NCBI RefSeq assembly: GCF_018350175.1
Contig: NC_058383.1
Span: forward strand, 22,384,001-22,448,000
Origin: Felis catus
Lineage: Eukaryota
Reading direction: 5' to 3'
DNA: 64,000 bases
Shown one piece after another: positions 52,654 to 64,000 of this stretch. The first letter of the stretch is position 1. Each line of letters opens with the position of its first letter. The notes under the pieces are model-generated. The model saw only the letters and a program-made list of their open reading frames with translations, was not told where the DNA came from and searched no databases. The position numbers and the translations under genes were made by a program.

Positions 52654-52883
52654 GGGGTGCCTGGGTGGCTCAGTCGGTTAAGCGTCCGACTTCAGCTCAG
52701 GTCACGATCTCGCGGTCCGTGAGTTCGAGCCCCGCGTCAGGCTCTGGGCTGATGGCTCAGAGCCTGGAGCCTGCTTCTGATTCTGTGTCTCCCTCTCTCT
52801 CTGCCCCTCCCCTGTTCATGCTCTGTCTCTCTCTGTCTCAAAACTAAATAAATGTTAAAAAATTAAAAAAAAAAAAAAAAAAA
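52654..52883 (+). mobile_element. Young SINEC_Fc-like SINE
   Basis: TSD AAAGAATGCCAGAG; long pure A tail. Confidence 0.93.
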
Positions 52884-53691
52884 AGAATGCCAGAGAAAAG
52901 TCAGCCTTGCTTCTCTGAGGGTCCCATTTATTATCCAGAATTTAGTTTCATAATATAGATGTTCAGCCCTAGCACTCTGTCACCAGAGGCCTTAAGCTAC
53001 CTCACAGAGTGTGGTTTTATAGAACACAGAGACCGTGGGTAACAAAAAGGGAAGAAATTTTATGGCAATCTGGAATTTTGTCCTCTAGCAGTACAAAAAC
53101 AAGGGAATCTATTCATAAGCTCCCCTGATCACACGGAAATCCATGATTTCCCACGGCTGATGGACTTTCCATCCTTCCTCCCTCAGCCCATCCCAGCATC
53201 CCCAATTTCCACGGCAGCACGATGGAGCACCGAGGCTCAGGGGGTTCCCTGCCTTAGGATCATCTTACACAACTCCTACCCAAGAATGGCACAGACTAAA
53301 CCCCCTCTCCCCTTCTACTTTTGAAATGGAACACCGCCACCCTAACTTGTAGCCAGGAACAGGACAACTTGAAATTAACACCACATTTTCCATATACCCC
53401 TTTGTAACATGGTGTGGGTATACGATTAAGCTCCAGCTAATAGCTCAGACGCAGAAGTATCTTGCAGCAAGTTCCATAAGGGAGAGTGAGCATGTGACCT
53501 TTGCCTGTCTTTTTACCCTTTCCTCCTTCCTGCTGGCTGAAACAAAGATTCAATGACGGGATCCTAGCATCCTTCTTAGACCATGAGCTAATTGTCACCT
53601 CCTGGATGGTGGAGCAGAAAACTGAAAGGAGATAGGACCCTGGGCTCTGGACCTCTGACTAATGTAAGAAACTAAAACCTTAAGTATTCTT

Positions 53692-53824
53692 GGGGCACCT
53701 GGGTGGCTCAGTCAGTTAAGCATCACACTTCAGCTCAGGTCATGATCTCACAGTTCATGACATCGAGCCCCACTTGGAGTGAGTTCAGGCTCTGCACTCT
53801 CTCTCTACCCCTCAAGGGATTCTC

Positions 53825-53882
<58 letters not shown>

Positions 53883-53919
53883 CCTCATTCACTTGCATGC
53901 TATTTCTCTCCCTGAAAAA

Positions 53920-53970
<51 letters not shown>

Positions 53971-53971
53971 A
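53692..53971 (+). mobile_element. Can-SINE with (TAAA)n tail
   Basis: Head, altered body, (CT)n and tail. Confidence 0.88.
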
Positions 53972-54624
53972 TCCTTATGTGTTCTCTATAAAATGTTGAT
54001 CCCATTTTAACTGGGCGTACTTTCAGAGGAAATCGGTGGTGTCAAAATATTCAGGTGGTTCCAAAATCAGTCCCAGGCAACTCTGAGCAGATCAGAAGAT
54101 AACCTTCTCCCCTTCCTGGACGCCTCCCTCCAACCTAAGCATCTCTATGTCAGGGGCTGCCAATCCACCCTATCCCCTCTCTCTTGCTCCTTCCCACTCC
54201 AGCCCAGATGGAATAAACTGCCAAAACAGTGACATGGGTGACCAGATGTTCACAGCTGGATTTCAGCTCTCACCTAGCAGCTGGTTCCATGGCAAAGCTA
54301 CTCTCTAGGGGCAGTCTTCTCTCACACCAGCCCCTACCTTGGGGGATCTGGGGGACAATCCCAGGGGCTGCTCTTTTCTGAGCACTTACTCTGTGCTAAG
54401 CTCTGATCCAAACATCTCCCATGCAACAGCTTTGGGCTACTCAGCAACTTTTTAAGGTAGGTCCTGTTTATTGGACCCATTTTATACACAAGACACCTGA
54501 GCTCAATAACACGGCTGGGAAGCCTCGAAGCCAAATTCAAACCCACAGTGACCTGCCTGATGGCCTATACATGTACGTGCACTACCCTACACTGCCCCTC
54601 AGGGACAGGAGAAAAATAAAGGTG

Positions 54625-54627
<3 letters not shown>

Positions 54628-54676
<49 letters not shown>
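54628..54676. repeat. (TAA)n trinucleotide repeat
   Basis: Directly visible. Confidence 0.95.
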
Positions 54677-55165
54677 CGTAAGTACTTCTACCTCTGAAGT
54701 TGCCGTATTTGATGAGAAACTTTAATTCTGCTTTACTCTCACTACACCAGAAAATTCCTACCCCTTTCCAGGCTTTGAAAAACAGGATCTCCTGCTTCAG
54801 GTATGTCATCACCTACACATCCAGAATGACTTCCCCAAGCATCAGTGACTGCAGAGCGGGTGGGAAAGCAGCAATAAAAATGTTCAAAAATCACCCTGGA
54901 CACCAGCAAGAGACAAAGACAGAAACAGATGCATGGAAGTGAAAGGTAACCTCAAAGATCATCTACACATTCCAGCACTAAGACACCACTGATATTCTGC
55001 TTCGGGGGCCAAAGTTCTAGAAAACAATCTGTTTGCAAAAGAGCCTAAGCTGTTGCCACTTTAAAGGGATTTGGAAAGACCTGAAACTAACATAACACTG
55101 GATGTTAATTATACTTCAATTAAAATAATAATAATAAAATTAAAATAAGATCACATAAAACTGGA

Positions 55166-55400
55166 GGGGCACCTGGGCGGCTCAGTCGGTTAAGCGTCCG
55201 ACTCTTGATTTCAGCTCAGGTCATGATCCCATGGTTCGTGGGTTCAAGCCTCATGTCGGGCTCTGTACTGACAATGTGGAACCTGCTTGGGATTCTCTCT
55301 CTTTCTCTCTCTCTCTCTCTGCCCCTCCTCTGCTCACGTGTACCTTCTCTCTCTCTCTCTCTGTCTCAAAATAAATAACTAAACTTTAAAAAAGAGAGTA
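55166..55400 (+). mobile_element. Can-SINE inside a tiny L1 3'-end insertion (~55080-55422)
   Basis: SINE TSD TAAAACTGGA; outer direct repeat TAAAGGGATTT; L1 tail CTGAAACTAACATAACACTG...ATACTTCAATTAAAA. Confidence 0.85.
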
Positions 55401-56827
55401 TGTAAAACTGGAAAAAAAATTATAAAGGGATTTAGGAAGTTCTCTGGTGCAGAGTGTGAGGCTGGCTGGGGCTCCACATCTTGGTAAGAGAGGCTGGGAA
55501 GGTCTGAAGGCTCACCGTATGAGCCAGCTCTTCCCTGGATCTCAGGTGAAGGAACCTGAGAGTCTCAGAAGACAGCAGTGCCACAATGAGAGCACTGTGT
55601 ATGACTGACAATGCCACCTACACTCACCAGGGATCACTGGACTTTTCCCTGGAGGGTTGGAGGTGCTATAACAAAAAAAAAAAAATCAGTACTAAGCCAC
55701 GTCGCAGACTCTTGAATGCTCAAATGCTTTCTTCTCCTGATCTAAACCCCGCTCCCCAGTGTGGTCAATTTGCCCCTAAGACACGCCCCAGAAATGAGAC
55801 ATTTCTCACCAAACTCAACCACACATGGCTCAGAATTGGGGAGGGGGGAAAAAAAAAAAACTTCCCAGAACAAAAGTTGAAAACTTGAATGCCTACCAGA
55901 GACAGAAATTCTGGGTGAGGCGGACCCGGTTGGGAAGGACTGAGATAAAATAGTGAATGTGTGCCCCCCCCAACTATGAAAATAACTCCAAATGACTGTT
56001 CCAACAAGAAAGTAGGACCAATTCTCAGCAAACTTGAAGCTGGAAATTCAAGGATGTATGTGAAATCTCCCAGTTCTGAATGTGGGCATCAAATTCAAAA
56101 AATGTTGGATACCCTAAGGGCTAAACAAGTCCACAGGGAATTTGACCACGGAGAGCGAGTTTGCAGTGAGAAATGGCCAAGGCCACCTTACACAGGAGTG
56201 CAAGTCACTACTAGGTTGAGCATCTCTGGCTAGGGTCAAGGATCTCAAACCAGGTGCAAAGACCCAGGTAGCCAGTCACTTGGAGTCCTTCCTGTAGGTA
56301 GCCAGAAGATGGAAAGGCAATCAGCATCGGCGAGGCACCCCATCTGGAACGACCTCTTTCAGAGAGGGAGGAGGCCCAGGGGACAACCCCGGTCACTTTT
56401 CTAGGGGATGCGCCATATGCAGAGGCGGCAGCCACCTGTGGAGACTTCTGTGAAGCAGGGGAAGAGATAGAACCTCTCTCTGTGAGATGAGGAAGGGCCT
56501 CTCTGAGGAAGGGATCCTCCCAGAAATGGCCCCTGGAGACACTTCTTCCAGAAGCAGGACTGGCCAAGCAAGATAGGTTCAGGCTCTTCCAGCCGCGATG
56601 GCAGAAATAGGGTCTCTCACGGCACTCACCTGTCCTGGATGAAGCATCACTGCCCCCACATAAACACACGCCTTAAAAGGACCCTTTTGTGGTGATGCAT
56701 TCCTAGCTTGGCAGGTCACTTTGACAGATAGGATTCCTTCACTCCCTGCCTAACTCAGTCACTTCTAGAAAGTCTTTTTCACCATCTCTTCCCACAAACT
56801 GGGCATCCCCAGAGCCCCACAGCCTAC

Positions 56828-56859
56828 CTTGGCACTGGAATCCTTGCTTCCCGAAGCCC
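56828..56859 (-). CDS. PRKCB: Protein kinase C beta, coding exon 2 (32 nt, C1A domain)
   Basis: TGCCTTTGCAG|GGGCTTCGGGAAGCAAGGATTCCAGTGCCAAG|GTAGGC. It completes W and encodes GFGKQGFQCQ(V) in frame with exon 1. Confidence 0.97.
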
Positions 56860-58214
<1,355 letters not shown>

Positions 58215-58240
<26 letters not shown>

Positions 58241-58360
58241 CTTGGCACCGCTGGCCCCAGCTGCGGGGGAGGGAGGCGGAGCCCCGGGCAGGCCCCGCCT
58301 CCTTCATTTGCATCGCGCCCAGGCCCCGCCCAGCGCCGCCAGCTGCTTTACATATTGGCA
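58215..58360 (-). promoter_or_regulatory. PRKCB: PRKCB TATA-less core promoter: octamer, GC boxes, E-boxes, CCAAT
   Basis: Octamer ATGCAAAT (58306-58313, minus). GC boxes at 58293-58300 and 58324-58331. CAGCTG at 58215, 58233, 58258 and 58340. CCAAT at 58354-58358 (minus). Confidence 0.85.
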
Positions 58361-58762
58361 CCCCTGAGACTGCCGGCCTCCCAGCGAAGTGTTCACCGCC
58401 GCAGCGCTGCGGCGCGGGGACCGCAGCCTGCTATCGTCAGCCCTGAGCCTCGCCCCCTGCCCCACTCCTGCGCCTGAGATTGCATTAAGGGGATGAGCAC
58501 CTTGGGTGCGCCCCCTGGGGAACCCAGAGCGGAAGGACCGACGGGGACTGGGGGTGGGAGGTGGCAAGGGTGGGCGCGACGGATTCCACCCGGCCTCTGC
58601 AGAGACTGGTGCCCATCCACCCCGCCTCCATCCCATTGGTCATTCTGCACGCGTCTCCTGGAGGGATGGACTCCCGCTGTCACTCATTCGGAAAGGCCTG
58701 TGGCTCCTCACACTTACACACACATACGCACACACTGCAGAGGTAGGGGAGGAGCACAATTA

Positions 58763-58765
<3 letters not shown>

Positions 58766-58810
<45 letters not shown>

Positions 58811-58847
58811 CGTACATGTATATGTATATGTATATACACATCATATA

Positions 58848-58894
<47 letters not shown>

Positions 58895-58896
58895 AT
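58766..58896. repeat. (TG)n followed by (TATATG)n compound microsatellite upstream of PRKCB
   Basis: Directly visible. Confidence 0.95.
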
Positions 58897-60519
58897 CCAC
58901 CACAAAGACATTTCTTGGCTTTGCTTGCCCAACCGTTTAGAAGGGAACTCCCTACTTTCTGTCCATCCCCTCCACCAAGAGACTCGGTTTCTTCAATTGT
59001 AAAATGGGGCTGAAGGTGACCCGTCTTCACAAATGCTAGTCATATTTGTGCACCATCTGAAAAAAGAAAAAGAAAAAGTCTATCCGGTTGTTGAATTTGA
59101 ATAGCAAGAGGTATCCATGATAGTAAAATCTCTCCAGATGCTACCACCTGCCCAAAATACCTGCATCTGGAGGCTTCTTCTATTTGTTAAAGAGGGAAAT
59201 TAAAAGATATTAGAGAGATGCTAAAGACACACTAACGTCCAACTGGGATCCTCTCCTGGATGGAATCTGAAGGATGGAAAGGTAACCAAAAAGAATGATA
59301 ATTGTCCAGATGAGTAAATAATGCAGTATGATTTAGCCCTATCCATGCCCTGTGTCTCAGACATCCCCCACACCAAGCCCTACTCTCTGGGAACACAGTG
59401 CTGCATTAGACCATGAACTTCTTCACTACACCTAGGTTCTGAGAGCAGGCACTGCTCACCATTATGTCATCAGAGCCAAACTCCGTGCCTGACACCTTCT
59501 CAGAGCCCCATAAATATCAGTTGAATGAGTAAGTGATTATGTAAATATGTGAGCAAATGAAGGCTTAAAGGGCACTGCCCCTCACCCCTCACTGTGTCCT
59601 GTATGTGTTCAATAATAATAAACCTCGAGTGCTAGGTAGATGTCACAGGTACTTGCACTGTCTTACTTAGTCCTTGCAACAACGACCTTGTGTAAGTCCA
59701 GAATTTTCATTGTGAAGAAGGATGGTGAGGCTCAGGGTGATTAAGATATAACCCAAAGTCGCGCTGTTGTTGAATGGAGAGGTTAGGCCACGCTAACTAC
59801 AAAGCATACTGGTGATAAAGGCGCGAAAGAGAGCAGGGTGGAGTTGAACAAGCTACAGTGAACTCCTGCCTAATGAAGCTCAGGTACCGCCATGACGATT
59901 TCGCCTGGAAGCTGCTGAGTGGTTAAGTCATTATTAGGCTACATGTGGAGAGCCAGGGTTGTGTTAATAGAATGTCCCTGTGCTGCATAGGAATTCAAAG
60001 GTAAGGAGGAAAAAATAGCATTCACTTTTAAGGTTGACATGTTTTGGAAACTGGACGTGCCTGTCTATTATTAGTCCTTTCAGAGGCCCCATCACCAACC
60101 AGGGAGGCTTGGGAAAACATCCCAGGAGACATTGCTGCTGAAGTAGATTTCCTTTGAACCGATGAGCTGGAAGCTTGCAGCCCACATCCTGCCTTTTGAA
60201 CGAACTGCTCTGGATGACTTTGCTCTGTAACAACAAACAGTACCTCATGGGGCCCGAGCCTGGAGAGGCAAGGGCTGGTGGATACCAAAGAAACACTGGA
60301 TTCTGGGAGGGGCTGCACCATCTGAGGATGAGGGGACACAGTTCCCATTGGACCCAGATCCCCAGGACAGGGGTATACAACCGGTGGCCCTTAGATGCAT
60401 TTTTTTAGCCAGCGAAGCAAAATTTTTTTCGTTCATATTGGGTATAGAATTTCACACAAATATCCAGATTCTGACTTCTCTAGGAAGCAAGATATGGTTA
60501 CATGGAACCCACATTCTGC

Positions 60520-61138
60520 CATTCATTCATTCATTTGTTCATTCCTTTAGCAATGAATTTATTGAGCACCAGCTAGGTGCTGTTCCACACACTGTTAAAT
60601 AAAACAGACAGCAGGCCCAGCCTTCATGGAGCTTATAGTCTAATGGGCAAGATAGGCAATAACCTAATAAACTAACAAATCTATACTAGGTGGTGTAGAG
60701 ATTGATGCTGTAAAAGAAACAAGAAAACATGGTAAAGGAATGAAGAATGACAATAGCCAGGAAAATCCTTTCTGATAAGGGGACATCTGAGAAAAGATCT
60801 GAATGAAGTGAGAGGGTGAGCCACTGTGCTGAGGGTAGTGATCGAGACAGAGAAAACAAGCAAATGCAAAGGACTTGGGAAAGGAGTGTGCTCAGCATGT
60901 TGGAGAAACAGGAAAGAGGCCTCTGTGGCTGGAGAGGAGAGGACACAAAGGGTCCAAGACAAGGTCAGTAAGGTAGCAGGGCACGGTAGACTTGTAAGGA
61001 GTCTGGATTTCATTTCAGCGAACAGGAGGCTATTGGACGGTTGAGAGCAGAGAAGTGGCCTGATTACTTGCTTCCTTTTTTTGTTTGTTGTTGTTGTTAA
61101 AATGTTTATTTTTGAGAGAGAGAGAGAGAGCGCGCGCG

Positions 61139-61182
<44 letters not shown>

Positions 61183-61460
61183 TGCGCGTGGGGGAGGGGC
61201 AGAGAGCGAGGAAGACAGAGGATCTGAAACAAACTATTTGCTGACAGCAGAGAGCCCAATGCAAGGCTTGAACTCACAAGCGGTGAGTTTTGAACTTGAG
61301 CCAGAGTCAGATGCTTAACTGGCTGAGCCACCTGTTGTTGTTGTTGTTTTTAAAATTACCCCAGATACTGTGTGGAAAATAGATTGGAAAGGGGATAGAA
61401 TAGAAGCAGGAGAAGCAGTCGAGACCATTTGAGTAGATAAGGCAAGAGATGATGACAACA
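60520..61460 (-). mobile_element. L2 LINE 3' fragment (interrupted by a SINE)
   Basis: ATTCATTCATTCA...ATTTATTGAGCACC...CTTCATGGAGCTTATAGTCTA. Confidence 0.75.
61075..61333 (-). mobile_element. Can-SINE with a (CG)/(CA) expansion
   Basis: Head truncated; compound microsatellite inside. Confidence 0.88.
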
Positions 61461-61649
61461 CAGCTTGGTGCCACATGGACCTAAAGGCTTGCTATAGATT
61501 CATTGTGGGTCCTCTAGGTCACCAGAGCCCCGCTCGGTCCACCCTGCTAATAAAGGCATGGTTGCTAGCCACTTGAAAGATTTCAGAGGCAACGGGAGGC
61601 AGGTTGCTCTGGCCAGGAATGGAGCCCAACATGTCTTAAGTCCAAGCTT

Positions 61650-62370
61650 CAAGGTTTCTGTGGGTGCCATAATGAATTATCACAAAACTAGGTGGGCTAA
61701 AAACAACAGAAATTGATTCTTTCACAATTCTGGGAGCCAGAAGGCTGAAATCAAGATGTCGACAGGGCCCTACTCCCTCTGGAGGCTTCAGAGAAGAATG
61801 CTTCCTCGTCTCTTCCAAATTTCAGTGTCTGTCAGGGCATCTGGGTGGCTCAGTTGGTGGAGTATCCGACTTCAGCTCAGGTCATGATCTCATCAGTCGT
61901 GGGTTCAAGCCCTGTGTCGGGCTCTGTTCTGACCGCTCAGAGCCTGGAGCCTGCTTCAGATTCTGTGTCTCCCTCTCTCTCTGCCCCTCCCACGCTCATG
62001 CTCTGTCTCTCTCTGTCTCTCAAAAATAAGTAAATGTCAAATTTCAGTGGCTTCCAACATTCCTTGGCTTGTGGCCACATCACCCCCATCTCTGCCTCCA
62101 TCTTCATATCAACGTCTCTCTCTATGTCTCTCTTCTCCTCCTCTGTCTAATCACCTCTGTGTATCTCTTACAAGGACATGGGTCATCAGATTTAGGGCTC
62201 AACCAGATAATCTGGGATGATCTCTTCATCTCAAAATCCTTAACATAATTACATCTGCAAAGAAACTTTTCAAATAAGATAACATTCACAGGAATGTTAA
62301 TTCCAGGAATTAAGACATGAACACTTCTTTTTTGGGGGGTGGGGGGCCACCACCCAACCCACCGTAATGC
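61650..62370 (-). mobile_element. MLT1B/C-type MaLR LTR (interrupted by a SINE)
   Basis: CACAAAACTAGGTGGGCTAAAAACAACAGAAATT...TTCCTTGGCTTGTGGCCACATCAC...TAATTACATCTGCAAAGA. Confidence 0.8.
61835..62035 (+). mobile_element. Can-SINE inserted in an MLT1
   Basis: TSD CAAATTTCAGTG. Confidence 0.9.
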
Positions 62371-62469
62371 ATAACCCTGGACAAGCCACTTCCTCCTTCT
62401 GTGCCTTGCTTTCCTGTAAAAAAAGGGTGGAGATGTAATAGTTTGCCTTCCAAATCTTTCATTCCAAGG

Positions 62470-62782
62470 TTGCATTCTCCAATATCATAGTCACTAGCCA
62501 CATATGGCTAGTGAGTATCTGGAATGTAGCTCATCTGAATTGAGATGTGATTGTAAGTATAAAATACATCCCAAAATATCAAGTACTTAGAATGAAAAAG
62601 AATGTAAAATACTTCATAAATAACTTTTATCTTTATTGCATGTTGAAATTGTAACATTTTGGATATATTGGGCTAAAACAGATTTCTAAAGTTAATTTCA
62701 CCTGTTTCTTTTCACTTTTTTAATGTGGCTACTAGAAAATACAAAACTATATATGTGACTCACATTATATTTCTCTAGACTA
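62470..62782. mobile_element. MER33-like hAT-Charlie DNA transposon
   Basis: CACTAGCCCACATATGGCTA...TTAATTTCACCTGTTTCTTTT...GTGGCTACTAGAAAA...CTCACATTATATTTC. Confidence 0.75.
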
Positions 62783-62864
62783 TTTCTCTATTCGAAAGAA
62801 CAGACTTTAAATAATACTAAATAAATTAATTGTTAAAATTGGGTAATGTAAATAAAAGCTTATC

Positions 62865-63397
62865 TCTACTCTATGTGGTATCAGCAGTGATGGCTTGACC
62901 AGAGGCTGAAGGACCTGCTTTCAAGATGCTCACTCACATGGCTGATAAGTTGGTGCTGGCTGTCAGTTGAGAGCTCACTCAGGGCTTTGAACCAGAGCCT
63001 TTGGGTCTCTTTATGTGGACCTCTCCATGGCAGCTTGAGCTTCCTCATAGCATGGTGGTTGAATTCCAAGAGTGAGTGCTCCAAGAGGTAAGAAATAGAA
63101 GATAACAGTTCTCAAAGCCTGACCTGGAAACTGGTACAGCATCATTTCTGACATATGCTAATGGTGAAGAAATCACAGAGCCTATATTCATGTCCCAATA
63201 AAAAGACCCCATGTCTCAGGGCACCTGAATGGCTCAGTCAATTGAGGGTCTGCCTCTTGATTTCAGCTCAGGTCATGATCTCCTAGTATGTGAGATCAAG
63301 TCCTGCATTGGGCTCCGTGCTGACAGTGCAGAGCCTACTTGGAATTCTCTCTCTCCTGCTCTCTGTCCCTCCCTTGCTCATGCTCCCTCTCCCTCAA

Positions 63398-63433
<36 letters not shown>

Positions 63434-63505
63434 AAAGTAAGTAAATAAACATGAAAAAAATACCCCATGTCTCAATAAAGAGTGTCAGAAAATTGGGGGG
63501 GCCAC
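62865..63505 (-). mobile_element. MLT1-type MaLR LTR (interrupted by a SINE)
   Basis: CTTTCAAGATGCTCACTCACATGGCTG...GGACCTCTCCATGG...CCTCATAGCATGGTGG. Confidence 0.7.
63219..63460 (+). mobile_element. Can-SINE inserted in an MLT1
   Basis: TSD ACCCCATGTCTCA. Confidence 0.9.
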
Positions 63506-63644
63506 ACAGGAGGAGCTCAATAAATATTTATTGAATTAATAAAACGCCATGCTTCCCATTTAACATATGAGAAAACAGAAACTTGGAAAAGTGAAGCAAT
63601 TCTCAAGGTCACTTTAGAACTGCTATTAATGGTAAATTAATATT

Positions 63645-64000
63645 AAGAAACAGAAAAGTATGGCCCATTCAAAGGGAAAACCTAAATCAACAGAAACTGT
63701 CTCAGTGCAAGACCCCATAGAGAAACTACTAAACAAAGATTTTAAAACAACTGTCTCAAAATGCTCAAAGAACTAGGGGAAGATATGGAGAAAGTCAAGA
63801 GAAGGATGGGTGAACAAAGTGGAAATATCAAGAGAGAACCTGAAAAGAAACCAAAAGAGATTCTAGAACTGAAGAGTACAATAATTGAAATTAAAAAATT
63901 CAGTAAAGGGATTCAAAGGCAGATTTGAGCAGACAGACGAAGGAATCAGTGAACTTGAAGATAGGACAATGGAAATTATCAAGGAACAGAAGGATAAAAC
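63645..64000 (+). mobile_element. L1M ORF1 N-terminal (coiled-coil) remnant
   Basis: GAGATTCTAGAACTGAAGAGTACAATAATTGAAATTAAAAA...GAATCAGTGAACTTGAAGATAGGACAATGGAAATTATC. Confidence 0.85.

Larger units (their letters stand above)
1..56827 (-). other. PRKCB: PRKCB intron 2 (partial; continues beyond the window start)
   Basis: Begins GTAGGC at 56827. No sequence for the rest of C1A was found in the window. Mammalian PRKCB intron 2 is known to be very large. Confidence 0.88.

Overview
This is mammalian genomic DNA, almost certainly from a cat (Felidae), judged by about 36 Can-SINE/SINEC_Fc-type tRNA-derived SINEs. The only supportable gene is the 5' end of PRKCB (protein kinase C beta) on the minus strand. 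Its parts are a TATA-less CpG-island promoter (~58200-58360), coding exon 1 (58040-57868), a 1008-bp intron 1 and the 32-nt exon 2 (56859-56828). Positions 1-56827 are the start of the very large intron 2, and ~58400-64000 is upstream flank. The rest is interspersed repeat: SINEs, L1, L2, MIR, an L3/CR1 RT fossil, MaLR LTRs, one clean ERV solo LTR, MER53/MER82/MER33 DNA transposons and microsatellites. The other ORFs in the track are repeat-, low-complexity- or GC-derived. I see no prokaryote-type or wholly new system. The best leads are regulatory: a perfect downstream 5' splice site that would make exon 2 an NMD target, a CpG/CCAAT-rich candidate poison or alternative first exon deep in intron 2, a sense-oriented solo LTR with an intact TATA but altered poly(A) signal, a consensus CTCF site in intron 1, and closely spaced inverted SINE pairs. 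Repeat family names are from recall of consensus sequences, and their boundaries are approximate.
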